From assembly GCF_009834535.1 (NCBI RefSeq), contig NC_045711.1, forward strand, positions 20,460,001-20,524,000: a stretch of DNA of 64,000 nucleotides. The letters are read 5' to 3'. The position numbers and the translations under genes were made by a program. This DNA is from Camelus ferus. Lineage: Eukaryota. Under the pieces are notes generated by a model. The model had not been told where the DNA came from, searched no databases, and was given only the letters and a program-made list of their open reading frames with translations. This document shows, in pieces, positions 47,261 through 57,824 of this stretch (positions are counted from its first letter, which is position 1; every line of letters begins with the position of its first letter).

Positions 47261-49174
47261 GCTGCTTTTCAACCCACTTCTCAGGGTCCTAGTGGCCTCT
47301 GGGCTGGTTGCAGGCAGCCTGGAAGCCGAGACCCAGACCTGAGTGGCTCCAAGGATCTTCTGTCTCGGGAACGGCCCCCTCCAGACTTTGGGAGCTGAAA
47401 ACTCTGAGTGGGGGAGTCTGAGGAGCACAAGGCAGAGCTGGCCCCTGGGGGAATGGAGCCCAAAGGCAGGGCCAGTCTGTGCTAGTCAAGAGGAGGGCAA
47501 AATGTGAACAGCCCAGGGTCTTGTGGACTGTCGCCACCAAGGGTAGGGGTCGAGGTCCAAGCTTCATCAGAGGGGGAACGAGGAGGCAAGACACAGCAAG
47601 ACAGGGGTGTGCTGGAGAAGCCACTTCACTTCTGCCCGCAGCATGGAATCAACCAAGTGGGAACTCATTTTGGTCAACGTGCAGGCTAGAACTCCTTCCA
47701 GCAATGCCAGCGAGCACAGCGCTATGCTCCCCGCTTGCCCTGGAATTCCACTGGCCGGCATCACGGCTGACACCGCAGCGCCGAGCGCTTTCACGCATGG
47801 GCTCCCGCGATCCCACGGCCGCCCTCTGACGGAGGAACAGTCATTGCCCCGCTTTGAAGAAGAGGAAATGGAGGCACACAGAGAGGTCGCGGGCCTTGCG
47901 CAGGATCTCCCTGCCAGGAAATGGCTGGGAGCCAGGTCAGCAGGAAGCACGACCCTAGGCAGGCATGACGTCCCACTGGCAGCAGAGCCTCCCTGCCCGG
48001 GACTTGGAATAACTGGCTCCCAGAGGTAGAGGGCTCTTGGGACAGGTTCTCCCGATGCCTAGGTAGCCGGGGGCAAGGGGGACACTGTCATTTGGGGGAC
48101 CTTTGTTTGAAGTGCCTGCCTCTGGCCAGCCCCACACGTGGCCATTACGATGGCCTGACTACAGGGGGGTGGCCGGCGTGGGTTTCCAGATGAACAGAAC
48201 TCCCCGTCCACTCTTCCGCTAGTGTCTCTGAGTCTCAGTTTCCCTCATCAGGAAGATGGGTGCACAGCTGCTCCCCAGTGCCAGTGGGGAGGACTTGTAT
48301 TTTTCACAACCTGCCCTTTCCTTCACTGCGTGACCCCAGGCAAGGCCGACCTCCAGGGCACCTCAGCCTGATCTTCAGCTTTGAGGCTTAAGTTCCAGCT
48401 TAAACCTCACCCAACAGCTCTCAAGGGCCCTGTCTGGTCTCCTGGAGTGTCTTCCAAGAGCCTGGCCTGCTGTGTGGTGTGCAGGGTGGGTGTTGTAACT
48501 TTCTAACCTGCAGCTCGATACTGGCCCCAGGACTGGTGAGGACCGTGGTCGGGGCCAACAGGGCAGGAGGAACGCAGGAGCGGGGTCCCCGTTGCTGCCA
48601 GAAACTCCCGCAACCTCTAATTTCCTGCCCCAGAGGAGCTGCAGGTGCCTCCCAGGGGACACAGCTTCCCCACTGCCCTGGACTAGGAGGGGGCTCAGGG
48701 AGCCCCGCCCCGGTTCTAGACCCCAGTTCCATAAGACCTATTCCCTGTCTCTAAAATGGCGTGATGACATTCACGGAGCTGCGGCTGGGAGGGGAATGAG
48801 GGGTCCACCAAAGCTGCCGATGGCACTTGGAGTGTGTGGAGGCTGAATAAATGCTTTTCTTTCTTTCATCCACCCAGCCGGCCAGGGCGGAAGCCTCCCA
48901 AGTGAACACCTGCACCCCACCCCATTTTGATTTCTGAGGAGGCATCTCCTCTGCCACCAGTGAGCGCGCTGGGAAGGTGAGATGATGGAGCAGAGGTGCT
49001 ACGTTGGGCGGAGGTCACTGAACAGAGATCAAGCCTGCAGCTCTTCGACCCTTGCCCATGCCCCAGTGGCGGCTGGGGAGGGAGGGGTTCTTGGGGATCC
49101 TCCTGGAGGAGGGAGGCACGAAGCCAGGGTGCACGCGGGGAGGATCCAGGACCCCACCCCGAGGCCCACCGACC

Positions 49175-49189
49175 TCAGTAGGTGGCAGC
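49175..49189 (+). promoter_or_regulatory. Candidate CTCF site upstream of NOTUM
   Basis: TCAGTAGGTGGCAGC, one mismatch to the CTCF core. Confidence 0.35.
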
Positions 49190-49862
49190 GCCCCGTCTGC
49201 CCCCGCTGCCTCGGAGGGCCGCTCAGATTCTGTCCACCCAGGCGCGGGACAGGGCGACTCCCCCGTGGCGCCGTGCCGCGGCGCCCGGTTCCTCCCGCAG
49301 GTCGCCGAGGGCGCCGGGGCCTCGCGCCACACCTGTCCGCTCCTTCGGGAGGCCCCGGCGCCGCTGCTGCCGGCCCCTCGGCGCGGAGCCCTGTGTCCGC
49401 CGTCGCTTTGATCCCGGGGGCCCCGCTGGATAAAAGTCCCGGGCGGCTCTGCGCCAGCGCCAGAGGGGAGGCAGCCGAGCCGGGCGTACCAGCGGGCTGG
49501 CGCTGGGCGAGCGACGCCGAGGAGTCGGGGCCGCGGGGCGGCCCGCGCCGGCCGCGGTGAGCGCGGGGCTCCGGGACGGTTCGGGGTGGGGGCTGCGGCC
49601 CGGGGTCCCGGTCGCCCGCGGGCTGCTCTGGCCCTGGGCGGAGGGGGGCGAGGGGGACCCCGGCGGCTCAGGTGAACGCGCCCCCTGAGTCCCCGGCTCG
49701 ACGGGCTCGGCCGGCTGCGTGGCGGACGGAGCTCCCCCCGTGCGGAAAAGCCCCGCTCCTTCCCCGGCGGCCCCCGCCCGCCTCCCCCCGCCTCCCCTTC
49801 CAGCCGCCCGGGGGCGGGGGCGGCGGCGCCGGGCTGGCCGCGGTGAATGAGCCGCCGGGGCC

Positions 49863-50092
49863 NNNNNNNNNNNNNNNNNNNNNNNNNNNNNNNNNNNNNN
49901 NNNNNNNNNNNNNNNNNNNNNNNNNNNNNNNNNNNNNNNNNNNNNNNNNNNNNNNNNNNNNNNNNNNNNNNNNNNNNNNNNNNNNNNNNNNNNNNNNNNN
50001 NNNNNNNNNNNNNNNNNNNNNNNNNNNNNNNNNNNNNNNNNNNNNNNNNNNNNNNNNNNNNNNNNNNNNNNNNNNNNNNNNNNNNNNNNNNN
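49863..50092. other. Assembly gap (230 N)
   Basis: Run of N inside the extremely GC-rich NOTUM island. Confidence 0.99.
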
Positions 50093-50391
50093 AGGCTCGG
50101 CCCCCGCCGCTCATTGGCGCGGGTCGGAGCCAGCGCACCCAGACCTTGCGCTGCCCTCGGCCGGCTGCGCGCGGAGCCCGAGCTGCCCAGGCCGACGGCG
50201 CCCGGCCCCGAGAGCCTCGACGCCAAGCCGCTCGCGCCTCCTCGGCCAGGCCCAGTGCGGGGAGCGGTGCGAGCGAGCAGGCGCGCCTGGCGCCCCGCGG
50301 CCCGGGCACCCCCGGCCCGGCGTCCCCGCCCCCGCGCCGCCTCAAGGCCGCCCGCTCTCCGCAGGTGGCCGCGGGCCCGAGCGGCGCGGCC

Positions 50392-53300
50392 ATGGGCCGA
50401 GGGGTGCGCGTGCTGCTGCTGCTGGGCCTGCTGCACTGGGCCGGGGGCGGCGAGGGCAGGAAGACCTGGCGGCGCCGTGGCCAGCAGCAGCCCCCGCCGC
50501 CGCCGCCCCCGCCCCGGGCCGAGGCGGCGCCGGCGGCCGGACAGCCGGTGGAGAGCTTCCCGCTGGACTTCACGGCCGTGGAGGGCAACATGGACAGCTT
50601 CATGGCGCAGGTCAAGAGCCTGGCGCAGTCCCTGTACCCCTGCTCAGCGCAGCAGCTCAACGAGGACCTGCGTCTGCACCTCCTGCTCAACACGTCGGTG
50701 ACATGCAACGACGGCAGCCCCGCCGGGTAAGGTCCGCAACCGCCCGCGCGACCGGCGCGCCCCTGCCGGTGGCCCCGGGGCCGCGGGCCGTCTTGTCGCC
50801 AGTGGGGTCGCACCACCGCCTCCCTGTTTCCGCCCAGACGCACGGAGTATCTGCGCTGGACCCTCCTTGCTGGCCTCAGCGGTGCTCGCCCCGGGGAGAG
50901 GGCTCCCGTCGAGCCTCGGAGGCGCTGGCCCCGGAGAGGGCCCGGCTCGGCGACCCGCCGCGCGGGGGGTGGGGCAGCGATTGAAGCCCTGGTACCAGGC
51001 CAGCCCGGGCACTGACCCCTCGGCCACCGGTGCCCAGCCCCTGTGCTCGCGTCCTTCGGTCCCTGGGCGGGGAGATGGCGGTCCGAGAGTGGCCCTGGCT
51101 CCAGCAGGAGGAGGCGACACAGCGGGGCGGGGAGAGTCCTCCCCCGTACTCCCACCCCCACCCCAGCTCGACTCGCCCCGTCTGCTGCCTGCGGCTGCCT
51201 GGACTGCCAGGGATCCCAGCCAGCCGGAGAGACAGGCAGGGGGCGCAGGTGGGACGGAAGAACCTGGGGTGCGGCATTCGCCCATCTCCAGCCCGAAGTA
51301 GATGAAGGAAGGATACGAGGCTGGGGGTTGGGGAGGAGTTGGGGGCACCCATGCCCTCAGCGACTCCACAACACGAGGAACGCAAAGTTAGAGCGGGCCT
51401 CGGTAGGACGGCTGCGACCCGCCTCTGTGGCGCCCGCGCCCCTCCACGCCCGCCTGTCCGACCCCAGTGCCTCTGCCCCACGCACACTCTTCCAGCGAGG
51501 GTGGTTTGCACTCTCCAAGCGCCACTGCGAGTCCCAAGGAGAATCCCCAGCCCCAGTGAAGAACCCCCTCCCCCACGCCGGGCCTCGGGCGCCGAAGTTA
51601 CAGCGCGTCCCGCGCGGGGCGGGCCGTGGGGATTTTCCACGGACCACACAGCCCCTCGCCGCCCTTCCCCGCCCCGCGAGCGCCATCTCCCGGGACTGGC
51701 CGATGCTGGCCGGGCCGAGCGCGCTCTGCGGGGGCCTGGCCGCTGGCGCCCCCGTGCGGCGCGGGCGCTCGGCGACAGGTGGAATGACCCTTTCCTCCCC
51801 GGAGCTGGGCCCTGCAGCCCAAGCTGACCACCCGCTCTGCCCGACCTCCCTTGCAGCTACTATCTGAAAGAATCCAAGGGCAGCCGACGGTGGCTACTCT
51901 TTCTGGAAGGTGAGTCCCAGGGGGCTGAGGAGGCGGGTTGGGCGAGGGTCCCCTGGGCACTGGACCCTGAGGTGGTGGCTGTGCACACAGGAGGCTGGTA
52001 CTGCTTCAACCGGGAGAACTGCGACTCGCGGTATGACACCATGAGGCGCCTCATGAGCTCCAAGGACTGGCCACGCACTCGCACAGGTCAGCAGGCCATG
52101 GAGTGCCCAGGAGTCCCCTGCTGGGGGAAGGGGGCTACAAACCTGAAGTTCTGGAAGAAGCCCCCTTCCTTCACTCCCTAGAGCCCCAGAGAGGCCCCAC
52201 CCCATCCACCCCTCCCCTCCCCCAAGGGTAGGGAGCACTCACACTCACCCTTATTCCACAGGTAACTTCCCAGGGCTCACCGTGCCTGCGCGGTACGTGG
52301 TCGGTCCCTAAATGAAAGCAGTTGGTGGAGTGGCCATGCCAGATATCACAGCCTGGCTGGGCATCCTGGCCATGGTGACTCTGTGCAGTAACTAAACTCG
52401 TCCATTCCCCACTTCCCTGGCCACCCTGGTTCAGGCAGGTGTCACCACCCACCTCCTTGCTGGGGCCAAGTAGGATACCCCCACATCCCCAGCCTTCCTG
52501 CCGTCCTCATCCCTGCATGCCCCCTCCCCCCCAGAAAGACCCACTGCCTCTGTCCTCCCGGCCACAGGCACGGGGATCCTGTCCTCCCAACCAGAGGAGA
52601 ACCCCCACTGGTGGAATGCCAACATGGTGTAAGAAGGGGCAAGGGGTCCTTCCTGGGGGTCCTGTCCACGGAAGTCCTTCGTGGACAGTCCTTCCTAAGG
52701 GGGCTCTTAGGGGGGAGTCCATCTGAGGGGTCTTGTCCTTGGGAGGATCTTGTCCTGGGAAAGATCCTTCCTGGGGCAGGGGTCCTAACCTCAGGAGTCC
52801 TTCCTGGGGAAGGTGGTCCTTCCTGGGGTCCTCGGGCAACAGAGGAGCATGGCTCACGTCATCCCTGTGTCACAGCTTCATCCCTTACTGCTCCAGTGAC
52901 GTCTGGAGTGGAGCTTCATCGAAGTCTGAGAAGAGTGAGTCCCCTGGCCTCCCCCTCCCTCCCCCTCCCAGAGCCAGGGCAGGGGAGATGGAGATTCTGG
53001 GGAAATACAGACTTTCAGCCTCGTCACTTCCTCTAACCCTTTGATGTGTCCCAGGGTGCCCGTCTCCAGCACCCACTGGCTGGCTTGTACATGGCAGGCC
53101 TGACCCTTGGGGGGCCTCGCTTCTGGGTGTTCCCTGGGGAAGGGCCCTCAGAACAGCCTTGTATACCTGATCCACCTCCCTCCAGTCTACCCCAGCCCCT
53201 GGCCTCATCCCCTGGAAGACCCTCCAGGCCCCCAGCTCTATCCCTCCCCCTTCCAACCTGGGGGTAGGAGGCCTTGCTCTCTGCCCAGGCCCCCACTCGA

Positions 53301-56300
53301 AGCATCCTCCTTCCCCGTGCAGACGAGTACGCCTTCATGGGCGCCCTCATCATCCAGGAGGTGGTGCGCGAGCTTCTGGGCAAAGGGCTGAGCGGGGCCA
53401 AGGTGCTGCTGCTGGCAGGGAGCAGGTGGGCTGGGCTGGGGCTGGGGCGGCAGGGTGCCCATGGAAGGGAGAGGAGGGGGCTGAGCCTGGGCAGACCCGC
53501 GGCCGGGGAGAGCAGCATCCTAGGGTGTCCTGGAGGCTTGGCCCCCACGTGCTGTGTAGGAGAAGCTGTCCAGAGGACTCTTCTGGAACCGTGGTTGTTG
53601 GATGTGAGGGAAGCCTGGGACTGCAGTGACCTCGGTTGTTGGTTAGGGGTTATCTGTGAACCAGTGTACCTCCAAGGCCAGGGGTTCCACCTGTTGGCCA
53701 CTGTATCACTGCGGGCGTGTAGGGGACCCAGGGGGACATCCGAGAGCTAGATGAAGGGGCCTGGGCCACACAGGTCATTCTCACTTTCCGATGAGGAAAC
53801 AGAGGAAGGGAAGGAGGGGTGGGAGAAAGTGGTATGACCTGACCCTGGGTCAGTGCAGCCCCCCTGGCCCTTCTCTGCCTTCAGGACCCTGATGAGCCCA
53901 CGAGTCTTGCCAGGAACCCAGACAATGTTGGCAGTTCAGAGTGCATGGGGATCCCTGTCCCCTTGGGATGGGCTTGGGGCTGGGTGGGCTCCGTGGGAGG
54001 TGAGCATCCTTCCACGTCCACCTGGCCTGACGTCCCACCTTCCCTGCAGCGCGGGGGCCACGGGGGTGCTGCTGAACGTGGACCGCGTGGCCGAGCAGCT
54101 GGAGGAGCTGGGCTATCCGGCCATCCAGGTGCGGGGCCTGGCCGACTCCGGCTGGTTCCTGGACAACAAGCAGTACCGCCGCACGGACTGCATCGACACC
54201 ATCACCTGCGCTCCCACAGAGGCCATCCGCCGGGGCATCAGGTGCCCCGCGAGGGAGGACCTGTCCCACACTCTGGGGCCCTGCCTGGCCTCGTGGCCCC
54301 CCGTGCAGAGGGCCCAGGGTGGGTGCAGAGCGGGTGGCCAAGCTTGTGGAAGACGGGGGGCAGCTAACCTGCCGCGTGTGGCCCAGGTACTGGAATGGCG
54401 TGGTCCCAGAGCGCTGCCGGCGCCAGTTCAAGGAGGGCGAGGAGTGGAACTGCTTCTTCGGCTACAAAGTCTACCCAACCCTGCGCTGTGAGTGGGCACG
54501 CAGCGCGGGGGGCGGGGGGCAGGGACGGTGTCCAGACTTTCTCCCCCTGCTGACAACCCAGCTGGAGTCAAGCCCTAGGAGGCAGGGCCCGGAGGCCACT
54601 GCCCCACCTGGGAAGGGTGACAGAGTCATCTGGGTTTGGCCAGGACTTTCCCAGTCTTGACACAAAAAGTCCACTCGGTTCGAGGCAAACCAGGGTGGTA
54701 GGTCACCCGGCCACACCCACAGTTGAGAATGTGCTTTAGCCTGGATTCCATGCCCCTGCGTGGTGCCTTGGCATCCCAGCTCTACGCCTGGGGGGACGTT
54801 GTCACCACATTTTGGTCAAAGCAGAGTCCCTGGGAACCAGGCCAAGGTCGGGGTGGAACAAGACACCTCTTCAAGGAAGGGTGCTGTGGTCGGGGGTCTG
54901 GCGGCTGGCACCCTGCAGGGAGAGCCTGGCTGCCACCTCGGGACCCCAGGCCTGGGGGGGGGTGCTCAGCAGGAGCTGGGGCCCAGCTGAGCCGTCACCC
55001 TGGCCCCAGGCCCGGTGTTCGTGGTGCAGTGGCTGTTTGATGAGGCCCAGCTGACTGTGGACAATGTGCACCTCACGGGGCAGCCGGTGCAGGAGGGCCA
55101 GTGGCTCTACATCCAGAACCTGGGCCGTGAGCTTCGAAACACGCTCAAGGACGTGCCGTGAGTGCTGGGGATCCCCCTCAGACCCCTCTGCAGTAAACCC
55201 CTCGACTGAAAAACAGAGGCCTCCAAGATGGCAAAATAGGAAGTGGCCAAGTCGTCCCTCAGTCGGTGATGAACTGTGGCCCCCTAGATGGGAGTGGGAC
55301 CCAGAGTGAGAGAGAAGTGAGCCACTGAGACATCAAAAGACACGGAGGAGATCCACGTGCATGCTGCTAAGCGGAAGAGGCCAGTCTGGGGAGGCTGCTT
55401 GTGTGATTTTAGGTCTGTGATGTCCTGATAAAAGCAAAACCCTGGACACAGTAAGAAGATCAGTGGTTTCTGGGGGCTGGGGGACGGAGGCATGAAGACG
55501 GGGGACACAGAGGGCTTTTAGGGCCTAGAAACAGCTGGGCTGGTACCACTCTGGTGGAGACCTGTCATCACACGCTTGTCCAGACTCATGGAAGGTGCAA
55601 CACCCAGAGTGAACCCTGATGTGAACTGTGGACTCTGGGGGATGGAGATGAGTCATGAGTCAGCGTAGGTTCCTTGGTTGTAACAAAGATGCCATCTGAT
55701 GGAGGCTGTTGCTCATGAGGGGCTGTGTGTGTCAGGGGGCAGAGGATAAAAGGGAGCTCTCTACATCTTCGTTCCACTTTGACGTGAACCTGAAACTTCT
55801 ACAAAAACTGAAGTCGGGGGGAGGGCATAGCTCAGTGACGAAGTGAGTGCCTAGCAGGCACAGGAGGTCCTGGGTTCAATCCCCAGCATCACTTCTAAAA
55901 ATAAGTAAAACCTAATTGCTTCCCCCAAAAACTAACAAAAAAAACTAACATTAAAAAAATTAATATAAATAAACCTAATTACCTCCCCCAAATAGATAAA
56001 TAAATAAGTAAATATTTTTTAAAAACCTTAAATCTTTTTAAAAAAGAAGAAAAACAAAGTACTCACCTGTCCAGGAGAGCCCCCACTCCGAGCAGGATGT
56101 GGAGGCCAGCAGGGACAGGGCTGACGAGGGAGCATGAGGGCTGGCACCCTGGCAAGAGGGAGGGGGTAGCCAGGCGGAGGGCAGGGGGAACTGAGACCTG
56201 TGGGCTCTGGGGCAGGGAAGGGGCTGAGGTGGGAGATGGTTGCTCACAGGCTGTCTTCTCCTCAACAGGGCCAGCTTTGCCCCTGCCTGCCTCTCCCACG

Positions 56301-56848
56301 AGATCATCACCCGGAGGTCAGTGGCCCTTGCCCTGGGACAGCTCGCATCCCTGGCTCTGCTCCAAACATGAGGCGCCCCCACCCCAGCATGCCTGCCCTC
56401 CGCCCTCCCAGGCTCTGGCTCCTTTCTGGGGCTTTCAAAGCGACTTACATACCAGCTGTGTAGCAAGGATTCTGCGGTAGCAAGGCCGTCCCCTGATTGG
56501 CCCCTCCCCGAGTGACCCCCAACCTGGGTTTCTGTCTGTAGCCACTGGACAGACGTCCAGGTTAAAGGGACCTCGCTGCCCCGGGCGCTGCACTGCTGGG
56601 ACAGAAGCCTCCACGACAGCCACAAGGCCCGCAAAGTCCCCCTGCAGGGCTGCCCAGTCCACCTGGTGGACAGCTGCCCCTGGCCCCACTGCAACCCCTC
56701 CTGCCCCACCATCCGGGACCAGGTCACGGGGCAGGAGATGAACGTGGCCCAGTTCCTCATGCACATGGGCTTCGATGTGCAGAAGGTGGCACAGCAGCAG
56801 GGCCTGGAGCCTGGGAAGCTGCTCGGGATGCTGAGCAGCGAGAGCTAG
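50392..56848 (+). CDS. NOTUM: Palmitoleoyl-protein carboxylesterase NOTUM (secreted Wnt deacylase), 500 aa, 11 coding exons
   Basis: Exons 50392-50726, 51857-51909, 51991-52086, 52568-52628, 52876-52934, 53323-53425, 54050-54241, 54387-54487, 55010-55157, 56269-56316, 56542-56848 (1503 nt). Signal peptide [19 protein letters not shown]. The catalytic triad S236/D344/H393 corresponds to human S232/D340/H389 with a +4 offset, and the oxyanion G131-W132 is present. Confidence 0.97.
52643..52835. repeat. Degenerate tandem repeat (GGGGTCCTTCCTGGG-like) in NOTUM intron 4
   Basis: About 10 imperfect copies of GG(A/G)TCCTTCCTGGGG. Confidence 0.7.
55290..55810 (+). mobile_element. L1MC-like 3' end, in NOTUM intron 9
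   Basis: TTGTCCAGACTCA...CAACACCCAGAGTGAACCCTGATGTGAACTGTGGACT...GTGAACCTGAAACTTCTACAAAAA. Confidence 0.75.
55816..56040 (+). mobile_element. tRNA-derived SINE (Vic-1-like) with duplicated 3' module, in NOTUM intron 9
   Basis: A/B boxes are present, and the AAACCTAATT.C.TCCCCC module occurs twice (55908 and 55971). Confidence 0.85.
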
Positions 56849-57790
56849 TGGGCCCGCCCCCGGCCGCCCTGCCAGGCCCTCCTTCCCTCCTGGGACAGTG
56901 GCCAGGCCGTCCCCACCCTGGGTCTGGACACCCCCCACCTGCCGACAGCCTGCACTGCCTCCCACTGCCTTCGGGGAAGGTGGGCCTGCAGTCAGCCCCT
57001 CTGCGGCCCTGGGACGCCTCCCCCGGCTCCCCCTCCCCGCCACCGCCTCCCCCCACCTTGGGGAGCCAGAAGCACCAGATCCCTCAGCCCCTGGCCCAGG
57101 AGCCACCTCCCAGCCAGCCCCCACCCTCTCCCACCCTTTTGTATTATTTTATAAAGTGACTTTTTTATTACTTTAATTTTTTTTAAAAGGAAAATTAGCA
57201 AGAAATATATGGTGAATGATATTGTTTTGTAACATATTTTTTTTAAATAATGAAAAAAAGGATAACAAAAGAGACTCGCCCTGTAGATGTGTTTATTTGA
57301 GGGGACACTCTGCCCACTTCTCACACCCCTCGCCCAACCCTGACTCCCCCCCCAACCCAAGGGCAGCAGGGAGACTGGGGGTGACTTTGGAGCCTCCTGA
57401 CCTCTGACCCCTGCTCCTTCTGTTCATCCATTTCCACAATCAGAGGTCACAGGCCTGCATCAGGCAGCCCCTGGGAGCGATAAGCTCCCTGTCTTCTTTA
57501 TTTTGCTCTTGGGTGACAGTCACAACCATTTCTAAGTGCACGACTCACCATTTCCATGTCCACGACGTCGTGTCTCCACCAGCAACCTCCAGTTTCAAAA
57601 CTTTGCCACAAACGCTCCCTACCCAGCCAACACTTTCTTAGAAGTTTGAACTCTGTTACTCCCCTCGGTCACACGTGCACAGGGTCCAGAATCTGAAAGG
57701 TGCAAAGAGTGGAAGGGTGAACATTCTCCCTCCAGTCCGGCCCCCAGGTCTGCATCTGTGGCCAGTTCTAGAGGATCCCGGCCTCCCCGT

Positions 57791-57792
<2 letters not shown>

Positions 57793-57822
<30 letters not shown>
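57793..57822. repeat. (AC)15 microsatellite
   Basis: Perfect dinucleotide run. Confidence 0.98.

Positions 57823-57824
<2 letters not shown>

Larger units (their letters stand above)
49130..51850 (+). promoter_or_regulatory. NOTUM CpG island including a predicted upstream promoter and non-coding exon (about 49460-49556)
   Basis: CpG-dense. TCF site CTTTGATC at 49406, TATA-like GATAAAAG at 49429, donor GCG|GTGAGC after 49556, and acceptor CTCTCCGCAG| before 50365, which is 27 nt upstream of the ATG. Confidence 0.7.

Noticed and set aside
49015-51161. Long ORFs (473, 497, 352 and 284 aa) across the NOTUM island
   Set aside because: They run through the N gap and extreme-GC DNA. Only 50392-50726 encodes real protein (NOTUM exon 1).
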